A stretch of 64,000 bases of DNA from Ranitomeya imitator (GCF_032444005.1 NC_091282.1:644800001-644864000); one strand, 5' to 3'. Counted from the first letter of the stretch, positions 39,905-52,894 are shown. The notes: generated by a model from the letters alone, not told the origin. Numbers and translations: made by a program.

Positions 39905-41530
39905 TACGTCATGTGGGCAAATCAGGTGTATGGAGCCGAGCCTGTACCATACCTGGTGGATACTGACCATGTTATACCATCGCTGATGACTGCTGTTTAG
40001 CCGTCATGTCAAATGGTGCTGTCAATGACCGTGGCTAGGTAGCCCTTGCTTGCCATGACTACCATTGGCCCCATCCATGATGCGATCGTGAGTTGCCAAT
40101 GGCTTGCCGTGACAGCCAGAGATCTACTGAAGGCTCCCATTGTTGCCATTTTGGGGGGCTTCTTCCTGGACTAAAAATGTCATCTCTGCGATCAAAAACA
40201 AGCCCTGACACAGCTCCATCGATTGAAGAAAATTTACGAATCAAAAATGTAAAATTCTGCAGAATATGTTGGGGCTATAGAAATAAAATTATTATTATTA
40301 TTATTTTTATTATTACTACAAGTCTCAGAAAATAATGACACCGTGCAAATTAAAAAAAAAAGTTCAGATTTTTGTTAAGCCACTAAATTATAAGAAAAAC
40401 AACTTGCATTTTTTATATTATTTACCGTAATTATTACTTTTATATGACTGGACATTGAACCATCGGAGTGTCGGCTTCTGTCACCCACTAGTGACTCATG
40501 TCCCAATATCACTCAGCTCACTGGTGACAGCTGTTTGTGTAAGCAACAAGCACAAGCAATATCGCTCACATCAGTCCTCTCTGGACATGGAAGTCAGAGA
40601 TCACTAATTAACAGCTAATGAATTAATGGGTTTTGCCATCAATAAGTTGTATATATATGTTTATGGTATTGGTGATTCCACCCCATGAACAGTCTATAGG
40701 TCTGAGCGATATATGGAAATGCAAAAGCTCTCCAAAGAGGCCCAGTCAGAAGAGAGAAAGGAGATTAGTTACCAGTGAGGAGGAGAGCTGTGCCGCCATC
40801 CGCCTGCTCCACAGTACAAGGGCTGTACTGCACAGGAACAATGAGAGATGCCTCCTTGTCCCGGGGAACTACTGTGTGCTACCTGTAGGGGGCAATGATG
40901 GGTCCTCAGATGTGGGCGACACAATTAAGGGTAATACTGATGGATGGCTTTACATTATCTATTTATCTATATCTACAGGATCTATCTGGGGCTTGAGAAA
41001 AGTTCTGTGAATTGAAACGTTGACATTTGGGCTTATTGGAGTCTGCTTTTTGCATCTATTTTTGGAGTGCGGACTCTATTTTCTATATCATCTATCTATT
41101 ACCTATCTATCTATCTCATATCTGTCCAATATCTATCTACAGTGGCTTGTGAAAGTATTCACCCCCCTTGGCATTTTATCTATTTTGTTACATTACAATC
41201 AACCTGTGGTTACATATTTTTGTACTCCAATATGTGTGATGTATCAGCACTAAATAGTCTATGTTGGTGAAGTGAGAAAAATAAAGGCATAAATTACATT
41301 TATATGATCAAATAACTAAAAATTGGCATGTGCATACATATTCACCCCTTTTGCAATTAAGCCCTTAAAAACTTCTGGTGCAAACAATTCCCTTCATAAG
41401 CCCCATGCTTAGTGACAGGATGTCCCCCCTGTGTGCAATCTAAGTGTCATATGTCTGTCAAAATATATACTTTACCTTTTCTGAAAAGCCACAGAGGCTG
41501 CAACACTATTAATAATAGGCACCGCTGACG

Positions 41531-41809
41531 AAACACCACCATAAACACCAAGGAGATCTCCAAACACCACCATGAAGACCAAGGAGATCTCCAAAAAACA
41601 CCATGAAGACCAAAGGGATTGCCAAACAACACCATGAAGACCAAGGAGAGCTCCAAACAACACCATGAAGACCAAGGAGATCTCTAATCAACACCATGAA
41701 GACCAAAGGGATCGCCAAACAACACCATAAAGACCAATGAGAGCTCCAAACAACACCATGAAGACCAGGGAGATTTCCAAACAACACCATGAAGACCAAG
41801 GGGAACTCC
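41531..41809 (+). repeat. 9 x 31-bp tandem amplification of the transposase start region
   Basis: aaacaacaccATGaagaccaaggagctctcc units; 41531 + 9x31 = 41810, where the single-copy sequence resumes. Confidence 0.95.
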
Positions 41810-42033
41810 AAACAAGTCAGGGACAAAGTTGTTGAGAAGTACAAGTCAGGGTTGGGTTATAAATAGATATCCCAATCTCTGATGATCTCCCGGAGCCCCA
41901 TCAAATCCATTATCATCAAATGGAAAGAACATGGTACCACAACAAACCTGCTAAGAGAGGGCGCTCAGTAAAATTCTCAGCCCTGGCAAGCAGGGCATTA
42001 ATCAGAGAGGCAGCACAGAGACCAAAGGTAACC

Positions 42034-42660
42034 TGTTATGACCTGGTGGTCAGGACAATAATGGACCTGGTGGTTAAGAGCACACGGAATGACCTGATAG
42101 TTACTGATAATAAAGGACGAGCTCTGGGACGTGGGAACTCTGCTGACCGCAATCCCTAATCCTATCACACACACTAGAAATAGCCGTGGATTGCTCCTAA
42201 CGCTCCCTATGCAACTCGGCACAGCCTAAGGAACTAGCTAGCCCTGAAGATAGAAAAATAAAGCCTACCTTGCCTCAGAGAAATTCCCCAAAGGAAAAGG
42301 CAGCCCCCCACATATAATGACTGTGAGTAAAGATGAAAATACAAACACAGAGATGAAATAGATTTAGCAAAGTGAGGCCCGACTTACTGAACAGACTGAG
42401 GATAGGAAAGGTTGCTTTGCGGTCAGCACAAAAACCTACAAAAAGACCACGCAGAGGGCGCAAAAAGACCCTCCGCACCGACTCACGGTGCGGAGGCGCT
42501 CCCTCTGCGTCCCAGAGCTTCCAGCAAGCAAGACAACAATAAAAATAGCAAGCTGGACAGAAAAATAGCAAACCAAAGAAAAACTAGCAGGAACTTAGCT
42601 TCTGCTGGGAAGACAGGTCACAAGAACGATCCAGGAGTGAACAAGACCAATACTGGAACA
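42034..42660. mobile_element. LTR fragment (probably Gypsy-type solo or partial LTR) inside the Tc1 transposase
   Basis: Starts TGTTATGA, ends ...GGAACA; Tc1 coding sequence resumes at ataaggagctgcag; no clear TSD. Confidence 0.6.
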
Positions 42661-43620
42661 ATAAGGAGCTGCAGATTCCCCAAGCAGAGACTGGAGTATC
42701 TGTCCATATGACCACAATAAGCCATAGACTACATAGAGGTGGCCTTTATGGAAGTGTGGGCATAAAAAGAGCCTTTACTTATACACAAAAATTGTAAAGC
42801 TCGTTTTGAGTCTGCCAAAAGACATGTCGGACACTCCCTAAATGTATGGAGGAAGGTGCTTGATCAGATGAAGCCAAAATTAAACTTTTTGGTCACAAAG
42901 ATAAACACTATGTCTGTTGCCAAACCAACACAGCTCATCACCCCCAAAACACTATCCCCACTGTGAAACATAGTGGTGGTAGCATAATGCTGTGCAGATG
43001 CTTTTGGGGAGCAGGGACAGGGAAAATGATCCAAGTCGAGGAGATGGATGGTGTGAAATACAGGGATATTCTTAAGTAAAACGTGTTTCAGTCTGTCAGT
43101 GATCTGAGATTGGGACCGAGGTTCACCTTCCAACAATACAATGACACAAAGAATATTGCTAAAACAACACTCAAGTGGCTTAAGTGGAGACTTGTAAAAG
43201 TTTTGGAGTGGCCGAGTCAAAGCACAGACCTTAATCTAATTGAGAATTATGTGGTCAGACTTGAAGATTGCCATTCACCAGAGGAAACCATCTAACTTGA
43301 AGGCGCTGGAGCAGTTTTGCCTTGACAAACGGGCAAATATCCCAGTGGCCAGATATGGAAAGCTCCAAAGGTACTTGCAGCTGTAATTGCCGCAAAATGA
43401 GGCTCTAGAAAGTACTGACTTTAGGGGGTGAATAGTTATGCACACTGAAGTTTTCGGTTATTTTTCCTATTTGTTGTTTGCTTCACAATAAAAAGAAACC
43501 CAAAGGTTCACAGTTGTAAGCATGTTCTTTACATGAACTGATTCAAACCCTCAAAAAGAGTGAAATTCCAGGTTGTGAGGTAGGAAAACACAAAAAATGC
43601 CAAGGAGGAGGGGGTGGAAT

Positions 43621-43814
43621 NNNNNNNNNNNNNNNNNNNNNNNNNNNNNNNNNNNNNNNNNNNNNNNNNNNNNNNNNNNNNNNNNNNNNNNNNNNNNNNN
43701 NNNNNNNNNNNNNNNNNNNNNNNNNNNNNNNNNNNNNNNNNNNNNNNNNNNNNNNNNNNNNNNNNNNNNNNNNNNNNNNNNNNNNNNNNNNNNNNNNNNN
43801 NNNNNNNNNNNNNN
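43621..43814. other. Assembly gap (194 N)
   Basis: Run of n. Confidence 1.
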
Positions 43815-44512
43815 TCCTCACCAGATCTCCCTCTGCCTCCCCCGCCGTTACTTCCATGCCGTATAGATTTCCGGTAACGTTGTCAGTCCCTTCTACCAGG
43901 GAACACTAATTGGAACATTTAATCGTTATAATTAATCCCAGTTATAAGGCGGCAGTAAACGCGGGCTGACTTTTTGAAGCGATTAAAACGGGAGGTCAGG
44001 TCAGTTCTATCCGTTTGACGACGGGGCCTGCTCCAAAATCAATATGTTTCTTTCTCGTGCTCATTGTGTGCAGGAGCCGGACTAAAATGACATTAAATGT
44101 TAATTCCCCCAAATGTATAAAAAATAAGGATAACAAAGATAGGAGGATTAAATAATTAAGCAACTTTTAATTTGCGCGCAATATGGTGTTATGAAATATT
44201 TAGGGGCATGCAATGTAGGATGTGTGTTAGCAGCTGTCACTTGCAAGGATAATTTCTTTTCTTCTTTTTGTTTTTCAGATGATGGATTTAAGTCCTGGCT
44301 AAGAAGAAAAAGAGAAAAAATGTTTCTGAAAACTGTCTCTTTGAGTTAACTGTGCCGCTCATAATAGAAGTTAAGAATTTATATACCAGTAGTTGTTTCT
44401 TAAAGGGAAACTCCACTTAAACTCAAACTTAAAACAACCCCGATAAATGTCTCAAGTAGTCATCTTGCCTTGTGTCCTCCGTTTTCCTCCTGTGACATTG
44501 ATCACTTTTCAG

Positions 44513-44901
44513 AGTAGTTAGAAACACATGTGCACAACCGTTTGAGGTGCACGGGTAGGTCCCAAACCGTAATCAGCAAATAATACAAAACCCGGCACTC
44601 AACTTTGTGGTGTGAAGAAACGAAAGATTTATTATCCCAAATCAGAAAACGTTTCCGTCCCACCGGTGGACGCCGCGATGACAGCACCTATATAGGCTAT
44701 AACTTCTCTTTCTGGGTATCCAATACTATATTGGTAGCAACCTCCGGGCAGGCCATATAGCCACTTGAATCTATACATTGTCCAGTAAACGTTACTGATG
44801 AAGGTCCAACTGTGGGACCGAAACGTTTTCTGATTTGGGATAATAAATCTTTCGTTTCTTCACACCACAAAGTTGAGTGCCGGGTTTTGTATTATTTATT
44901 A
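44513..44901 (+). mobile_element. 389-bp hammerhead-bearing insertion with inverted tail copy (Penelope-like, non-autonomous)
   Basis: 16-bp TSD attgatcacttttcag (44497-44512, 44902-44917); 94-bp inverted repeat 44578-44671 / 44804-44897. Confidence 0.8.
44787..44835 (+). ncRNA. Minimal hammerhead ribozyme-like core
   Basis: CTGATGA-a-GGTCC-aactgtg-GGACC-GAAA-CG-TT; all core nucleotides present, palindromic ACGT stem III; stem I pairing is weak. Confidence 0.55.
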
Positions 44902-44999
44902 ATTGATCACTTTTCAGTCCTATGGTGAACAGTTGCTTTGATTTGTTTTTTTACTTTACGTGGTTCTTAAGGATCATTGCATTCTAACCTTAAAGGGAA

Positions 45000-47900
45000 T
45001 GCAGCAAAGTGTATTGTCCTCATCCTTATCTACGCAATGCGCATGTGCCCACAGGAATCCTCTCCTGGACACATTTTCCTAGTGCATAAATCAGTAAAGC
45101 AAGATGTTATCCCTCTGCTTCATCTGAACAATGCGCATGGGCTCTCTGGACACCTATCCCAGATTCATCTTTATGGTGTATTAATCATTAATCAAAATGT
45201 TCTGCCCTCAGCTTAATCTACGCAATACACACATGCCCTCTTGACTCATTTTTGGAAAGTAGAAATCAATAAAGCCAGATGTTCTGCCCTTGGCTTCATC
45301 TGTACAATGCGCATGCGCCCACTGGACTCCTCTTCCCGACTCACATTTGTGTGTCCCTTGGTTGCATTTGAGCAATGCGCATCGCATGCGCCCACTGGAC
45401 TCATTTCTAGAATGTATAAATCAGTGAAGCAAGTGTGCACATCCTTTGGCTTCATCTGAACAGTGCGTATGTGCTCACTGGACTCCTCTCCTTGACTCAT
45501 CTTTGTGGTGTATAAAGCAGTAAATTTGAGATATGCTACCCTCGGCTTCGTCTGAGCAATGTGCATGCACCCACTGGACTCCTCTCTCTGACAAATATTC
45601 CTAGTATATAAATGAGTGAAGTAAGATATTCTGCCCTCAAATTCATCTGCACAATACATATGTGCCCACTGGACTCCCCTCTCATACTCATCTTTGTGGT
45701 GTTTATCTGAGCAATGTGCATGCGCCCACTGGACTCCCCTCTCATACTCATCTTTGTGGCGTTCATCTGAGCAATGTGCATGCGCCCACTGGACTCCCCT
45801 CTCATACTCATCTTTGTGGTGTTCATCTGAGCAATGTGCATGTGCCCATTGGACTCCCCTCTCATACTCATCTTTGTGGTGTTCATCTGAGCAATGTGCA
45901 TGTGCCCACTGGACTCCCCTCTCATACTCATCTTTGTGGTGTTTATCAGAGCAATGCGCATGCGCCCATTGGACTCATCTCCCGGAGTCATCCCTGTGGT
46001 GTATAAATTAGTAAAGCAAGATTTTCTGTCCTCGGCTTCATCTGAGCAATGTGCATGCGCCCACTGGACTCATCTCCCAGACTCATCCCTGTGGTGTATA
46101 AATCAGTAAAGGAAGATGTTCTGTCCTCGGCTTCGTCTGAGCAATGCACATGCGCCCACTTCACTCCTCTCCCAGACTCACTTATAGTGAAAAAATCAAT
46201 AAAGCAAGAAGTTAAAGGGAACCTGTCACCCCGTTTTTTCAGATTGAGCTATAAGTACTGTTAAATAGGGCCTGCGCTGTGCGTTACTATAGTGTATGTA
46301 GTGTACCCTGATTCCCCATGTATGCTGAGAAATACATTACCAAAGTCGCCGTTTTCGCCTGTCAATCAGGCTGGTCTGGTCAGGTGGGCGTGTTCACAGC
46401 GCTCTTTTCTTCTCCAGCTTTCCGTTGGTGGCGTAGTGGTGTGCGCATGTCCAAGGTCCGAATTCCCTGCGCCCACGTGAAGACACAGCGCGCGATCTGC
46501 GCTGTTATCCCTTGCATCGGTGGGGGCGGCCATCTTCCTGGGGCCGCGCGTGCGCAGATGGAGTGCTCTGCTGCACGGGGCTTCAGGAAAATGGCCGCGG
46601 GATGCCGCGCGTGCGCATTAGAGATCGCGGCGGCCATTTTTCCAAAGCCGAGATGCAACCCCACCGATGCAAGGGATTACAGCGCAGATCGCGCGCTGTG
46701 TCTTCACGTGGGCGCAGGGAATTCGGACCTTGGACATGCGCACACCACTACGCCACCAACGGAAAGCTGGAGAAGAAAAGAGCGCTGTGAACACGCCCAC
46801 CTGACCAGACCAGCCTGATTGACAGGCGAAAACGGCGACTTTGGTAATGTATTTCTCAGCATACATGGGGAATCAGGGTACACTACATACACTATAGTAA
46901 CGCACAGCGCAGGCCCTATTTAACAGTATTTATAGCTCAATCTGAAAAAACGGGGTGACAGGTTCCCTTTAAGCTCTCAGCTATATCTACATAATGCACG
47001 TGCATCTATTACACTCATTTTTGGAATGTATAAGTCAGAAAAGCAAAATACTCTTTCCTTGGCTTTATTTCAGAAATATGCATGCACCCACTAGACTAAT
47101 TTCGGAAATGTATAAACCAGTGAAACGAAAGGGCACGGCTTCATCTGAGCAATGCAAATACCCCCACTGGACTGCTATCCGGGACTTATCTTTGTGGTGT
47201 CTAAATCAGTAAAGCAAGATGTTTTGCTCTCAGCTTTATCTGAGCAATGCGCATGTGTCCACTGCACTCCTGTCCCAGACTCATCTTTGTGGTGTATAAA
47301 ATCAGAAGTTAAGATATGTTATCTTCAGCTTCATCTTTGCAAGGCGTATGTGCCCACCGGACTTATTGCCTGGACTCATCTTTATAGAGTATAAATCAGT
47401 AAGCGAGATCTTCTAAACTCTGCTTCATTTACATAATGTGCATGCGCCCACAGAACTTATAACTCCTCTTTGTGGTGTATAAAGCAATAAACTAAGATAT
47501 GCTACCCTTGCCTTCATCTGAACAATGCGCATGTACCAACTGAACTCCTCTTCCTGACACATTATCATAGTGTATAAATCAGCAAAGCAAGATGTTCTAC
47601 CCTCAGTTTCATTTATGCAATATGTATTCCCCACTGGACTCCTATCAAACTCATCTGTGTGATGTCCCTTGGCTTCATTTGATCAATGCGCATGCGCCCA
47701 CTGGACTCCTCCCAAACTCATCTTTGTGATATCCCTTGGCATCATCTGAGCAATATGCATGCTCTCGATGGACTTCTCCTAAACCCATTTTTGTGATGTT
47801 TCTTTGCCTTATTTGAGCAATGTTCATGCACCCACTGGACGCCTCCCAAGCTCATCTTTGCTGTGTCCCTTGGCTTCTTTTGAGCAATGCGCATGCGCCC

Positions 47901-48200
47901 ACTGTACCTCTCCCAAACTTATCTTTGTGGTGTCCCTTGGCTTCATCTGAGCAATACGCATGTGCCCACTGGACTCCTCCCAAACTCACCTTAGTGGTGT
48001 CCCTTGGCTTCCTTTGAACAATATGCATGCGCCCACTGGACTCCACTGGATGCCTCCCAAGCTCATCTTTGTGTTGTCCCTTGGCTTCATCTGAGCAATA
48101 CGCACCTGCCCACTGGACGTCTCCCAAACTCATCTTTGTGGTGTCCCTTGGCTTCATCTGAGCAATATGCATGCGCCCACTGGACTAGTTTCTGCAATGT
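45000..48200. repeat. Degenerate tandem array of ~60-100 bp units
   Basis: ggcttcatctgagcaatgcgcatgcgcccactggactcctctcccagactcatctttgtggtg recurring; a homogeneous 60-bp sub-array at ~45660-45960. Confidence 0.9.
46216..46968. mobile_element. Palindromic T2/Kolobok-like MITE, same family as 17363-18181, with an asymmetric central deletion
   Basis: TTAA TSD (46212-15, 46969-72); same termini; right arm lacks ~130 bp next to the centre. Confidence 0.95.
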
Positions 48201-49420
48201 ATAAATGAGGGAAGCAAACTGCACATCCCTCAGCTTCATCTGACAAATTCGCAGCTACTGACCTCACACATCCGTGATACATGATGCATTACTGCTTTGG
48301 CCTTAAGAGATCTGGGAAAGATGGGTACGGACTGTCATGGCGGCCATAAGGCTGTTGTGTAGCTTTCCCACACATGGATCCAGCTTAGAAACCTGACAGA
48401 AGAGGACGACTGAAGGACTTGCATTTCGTGAGGGATTTTTTTCTCGTTTTTGGTGGAAATGCTCTTTGATGTAATCGCTGGTGTTTATGTGGAGGATTTA
48501 TATAAATGTTAATGTCACAACATCTTGTGCTTCTCCGAGCCTGGATGGCGTTTATTAAATGCCTGAATATTATACGCCTGTTCGCCCTCGTTGTCTTTGA
48601 AGTCTCATGTAGAAGTCTCCGTTCTGCTCGGTGCTATGTTCTTCTTTGTTCCGTGACCTATTGAAATAGAAAAAGCCGCCTGCTTTGCAGGGGGAAGATA
48701 AGGGAGGAGAGCTGACGGTTTAAGAGAACGGAGCAGAGGAAATCAATTTCAGCATTTACGAGTGCGAGTCTACCAGGCAGAAGAGTGGTCCTACTCTGAC
48801 CCACCGTCACCCCGCGCTCTACAGGCTGCTGCGCCAGTGTGCTGCGGGTAAAGCAGCAAATACACTTAGAGACGGTGGCACAGTAGACCTTTGGTGCTCT
48901 CGGTGTAACATCTACATCTCTGTGTTTTAGCTTTTGAGTGTTCAGAGCACAAGGTTAAAGCGTTAAAATAATTTTTGCGGTTAACAATCAAGAAAGGTGG
49001 TCACCCCAGCCTCCTATTACTGCCCCCGCTGTCTGCCTGTGACAGGGACGCAGCACTGGAAAATTAATTGTACATGATAACATTTTAAATATGTGGCTGG
49101 TTATGTTGGAATTTATATTTTATAGTATTAAGTATGGAAATTTAGTACAAAGATACCGAGCACAACCAGGAAACATGATGATGCTCATCACAGCAATAGG
49201 GGCTGCAGTTATATTCTTGTACATAGGGGCAGTATCATGGCAGTTATCTTCTTGTACATAGGAGCAGTATTATAGTAGTTATATTCTTATACATAGGGGG
49301 CAGTATTATAGTAGTTATATTCTTGTACATAGAAGCAGTATTATAGTAGTTATATTCTTGTACATAGAAGCAGTATTATAGTAGTTATATTCTTGTACAT
49401 AGGGGGCAGTATTATAGTAG

Positions 49421-49828
49421 TCCATATAAAAGAAAGCGGATTGGCACATACCGTCCCGTGTAACAAAATCCTTTATTATGGCATCATCATACCAACAGCA
49501 GGCAGATAAAACAGTGGAGCAAATACAGACGACGATTGTTTCACGCTTACATTGCGCTTCAACAGGTTGACCTGTTGAAGTGCAATGTAAGCGTGAAATG
49601 ATTGTCGTCTGTGTTTGCTCCACTGCTTTATCTGGCTGCTGTTGGTATGATTATGCCACAATAAAGGATTTTGTTGCACGAGACGGTGTGTGCCAATCTG
49701 CTTTCTTTTATATGGACATACAGATTCTTTTTCTTTGGAAGTGGCACCCATAATCCCTGGTGTATGTGCAGCTTCACCAACCCCGAGGTCATACAGCTGT
49801 GCCTTTGTCCTGCTTCTCTTCTATGGTT
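49421..49828. mobile_element. Head-to-head palindromic insertion with degenerate hammerhead cores (Penelope-like)
   Basis: 298-bp palindrome 49420-49717 centred on ggt-tg-acc, plus ~110 bp extra; TSD tattatagtag (49410-20, 49829-39). Confidence 0.75.
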
Positions 49829-50121
49829 TATTATAGTAGTTATATTCTTGCACATAGGGGCAGTATTATAGTAGTTATATTCTTGTACATGGGGGCAGTA
49901 TTATAGTAGTTATATTCTTGTACATAGGGGCAGTATCATGGCAGTTATCTTCTTGTACATAGGAGCAGTATTATAGTAGTTATATTCTTATACATAGGGG
50001 GCAGTATTATAGTAGTTATATTCTTGTACATAGAAGCAGTATTATAGTAGTTATATTCTTGTACATAGAAGCAGTATTATAGTAGTTATATTCTTGTACA
50101 TAGGGGGCAGTATTATAGTAG

Positions 50122-50529
50122 TCCATATAAAAGAAAGCGGATTGGCACATACCGTCCCGTGTAACAAAATCCTTTATTATGGCATCATCATACCAACAGC
50201 AGGCAGATAAAACAGTGGAGCAAATACAGACGACGATTGTTTCACGCTTACATTGCGCTTCAACAGGTTGACCTGTTGAAGTGCAATGTAAGCGTGAAAT
50301 GATTGTCGTCTGTGTTTGCTCCACTGCTTTATCTGGCTGCTGTTGGTATGATTATGCCACAATAAAGGATTTTGTTGCACGAGACGGTGTGTGCCAATCT
50401 GCTTTCTTTTATATGGACATACAGATTCTTTTTCTTTGGAAGTGGCACCCATAATCCCTGGTGTATGTGCAGCTTCACCAACCCCGAGGTCATACAGCTG
50501 TGCCTTTGTCCTGCTTCTCTTCTATGGTT
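50122..50529. mobile_element. Second copy of the 49421-49828 insertion (701-bp tandem duplication)
   Basis: Sequence and ORF translations identical at +701. Confidence 0.75.
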
Positions 50530-51201
50530 TATTATAGTAGTTATATTCTTGCACATAGGGGCAGTATTATAGTAGTTATATTCTTGTACATGGGGGCAGT
50601 ATTATAGTAGTTATATTCTTGTACATTGGAGCAGTATTATAGTAGTTATATTCTTGTACATAGAGGCAGTATTATAGTAGTTATATTCTTGTACATAGAG
50701 GCAGTATTATAGTAGTTATATTCTTGTACATAGAGGCAGTATTATAGTAGTTATATTCTTGTACATGGGGGCAGTATTATAGTAGTTATATTCTTGTACA
50801 TTGGAGCAGTATTATAGTAGTTATATTCTTGTACATAGAGGCAGTATTATAGTAGTTATATTCTTGTACATAGAGGCAGTATTATAGTAGTTATATTCTT
50901 GTACATAGAGGCAGTATTATAGTAGTTATATTCTTGTACATGGGGGCAGTATTATAGTAGTTATATTCTTGTACATAGGGGGAAGTATTATAATAGCTAT
51001 AATGGTAAATTTTAGGCACTGGCACTGCACACATGTCCATGTCACTTATAATTGAGAAGTAACACTCTAAAGTTCAAACATAATCTGTACAATGTGTCAA
51101 GAAAAAAAAAACAGTTTGAGGTGGTACGCAGCTACAACAGTTTGTATATATGCACAAGATAAAGGCTGAACAAATAGCGACACCCACCATTGGTAACTTA
51201 A

Positions 51202-51584
51202 TGCTATGTGCACATCTTACGGATTCGTGCACGGATTTCTCCACACTGTTTTTGCAAAATCCGCAGGTAAAATGCAGTGCGGATTACCTGTGGATTCCTG
51301 CGGATTTCCTGCGGTTTTTGTGCGGATTTCACATGCGGTTTTACACCTGCGGATTCCTATTGAGGAGCAGGTGTAAACCGCTGCGGAATCCGCACAAAGA
51401 ATTGACATGCTGCGGAAAATACAATGCAGCGTTTCCGTGCTGTTTTTTCCGCACCATGGGGACTGCGGATTTGGTTTTCCATAGGTTAACATGGTACTGT
51501 ACAACGCATGGAAAACTGCTGCAAATCCGCAGCGTCAAATCTGCTGCGGATCCGCAGCAAAATCTGCAACGTGTGCGCATACCC
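51202..51584. mobile_element. PIF/Harbinger-like MITE
   Basis: TAA flanks; tgctatgtgcaca / tgtgcgcataccc; internal ccgcag/ctgcgg subrepeats. Confidence 0.8.
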
Positions 51585-52894
51585 TAAAACAGCATCTTTA
51601 GTGAGGGAACATGCACATGCTGTGGACCTGGGAAAGCAGAGACGAGTAGCAGCTCTTCTTCCGGCTCAAGAAGATACTGGAAGAAGCGTGTTTCACGCAA
51701 AACAGCTGTCGCTTGTCTCTGCTTTCCCAGCTTCACATCATGTGCATGTTCCCGCAATAAAGATGCTGTTTTAAGTTACCAGTGGTGGGTGCTGCTATTA
51801 TAGTAGATATTTCTTGCATATAGGAGGTACATCAATAATATGTTGTCACGTCCTAGGCGATAGTGAGCACAAGAAGCTCTTCTTGGGTTAAATAGAGAAG
51901 GAAACCTCTGCAACCACCATAACCCTTACTAGCACAGGCGCTAATTATTGCTTGCATGAGTGATGTCACGTGTGTACGGTATTTTATACGCAGCATGATA
52001 TCATTATGAGTTAGTAGTAATATGACATCTGATCCACACATTATAAGCGTCGCCTCCATCTGCTCCATGTGCACTTATTGGATAATGAATGTATTGAATA
52101 TGCTGTGGATTTTTAAGTGCACCTGTGCCATGTCGCCATTGTTTGGGCATCAGCCATAATGCACATTCTGGCTTTGGTGGAAGCTCGATGTAGGATACCG
52201 TGTGATTTTTTTTTTTATTTCGCTGCGCCGTTGTAAAAGCTTTGAGAACCTTTACAATCCTTTTTTTGAAATGTCAGTGTGACTTCAGCACCGCTCTCAA
52301 GTCAGACTGATGGGTAGATAAAATGACAAGCCCCAGATATGCTCGTTTCCCGGCTCCACTATATGGTAATTGGCTTCTGACTGCCGGATAAGGAGCTGAA
52401 ATAATCAAAGTCTTCCATTACCCATTCACCAGGAACAATGTCGCACAGGATCCCTCAAATCAGGCTAACCCATTCATTGCCAATGCTATTGCCTTTGCAA
52501 ACCCTAGAATGAAGGCAAAAAAGGAATCGTGATCGGTGAGGATCCCAGTTCTGATGCCCTATGAGTAGCTGATAACACCAAAGCTTGGCACAAAAGTTGG
52601 ACCTTACACCCTTTAACATAATAAAAAGTATTTTCGGTGCAGCAATAGCGCCACCACTAAATATGGACTATGCCCAATAATGTAGCCCAATGACTACTTC
52701 CTATTTCATGCAACCAGTTTAAAGGTTTTGTCCTGTTGAAGACTGATGTTTGATGACTGGTTGATGTTGATGAATTTGATGACTTGGCAATTTGGTTAAC
52801 CACAATATCGAACACTAGCTCTATTATTTAAAAATGGCCTTGAAATGGGAACCAGATAAGCCCTTTAATAGCTGTTTTCTTATTTTCCCTTTTT

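Larger units (their letters stand above)
41140..43605 (+). mobile_element. Decayed Tc1/mariner transposon with an LTR insertion; right TIR cut off next to the gap
   Basis: TA-CAGTGGCTTGTGAAAGTATTCACCCCC; MKTKELSKQVRDKVVEKYKSGLGY-like start, [30 protein letters not shown]; right TIR aaaatgccaagg at ~43594. Confidence 0.9.
49200..51000 (-). repeat. 35-bp minisatellite, reverse complement of the 3850-5990 family
   Basis: gcagtattatagtagttatattcttgtacataggg units. Confidence 0.95.

Noticed and set aside
43543-43877. ORFs spanning the N run
   Set aside because: Artefacts of the assembly gap
44279-44350. Strong plus-strand acceptor followed by DDGFKSWLRRKREKMFLK
   Set aside because: No donor before the stop codon and no recognisable protein; poly-T tracts are common here
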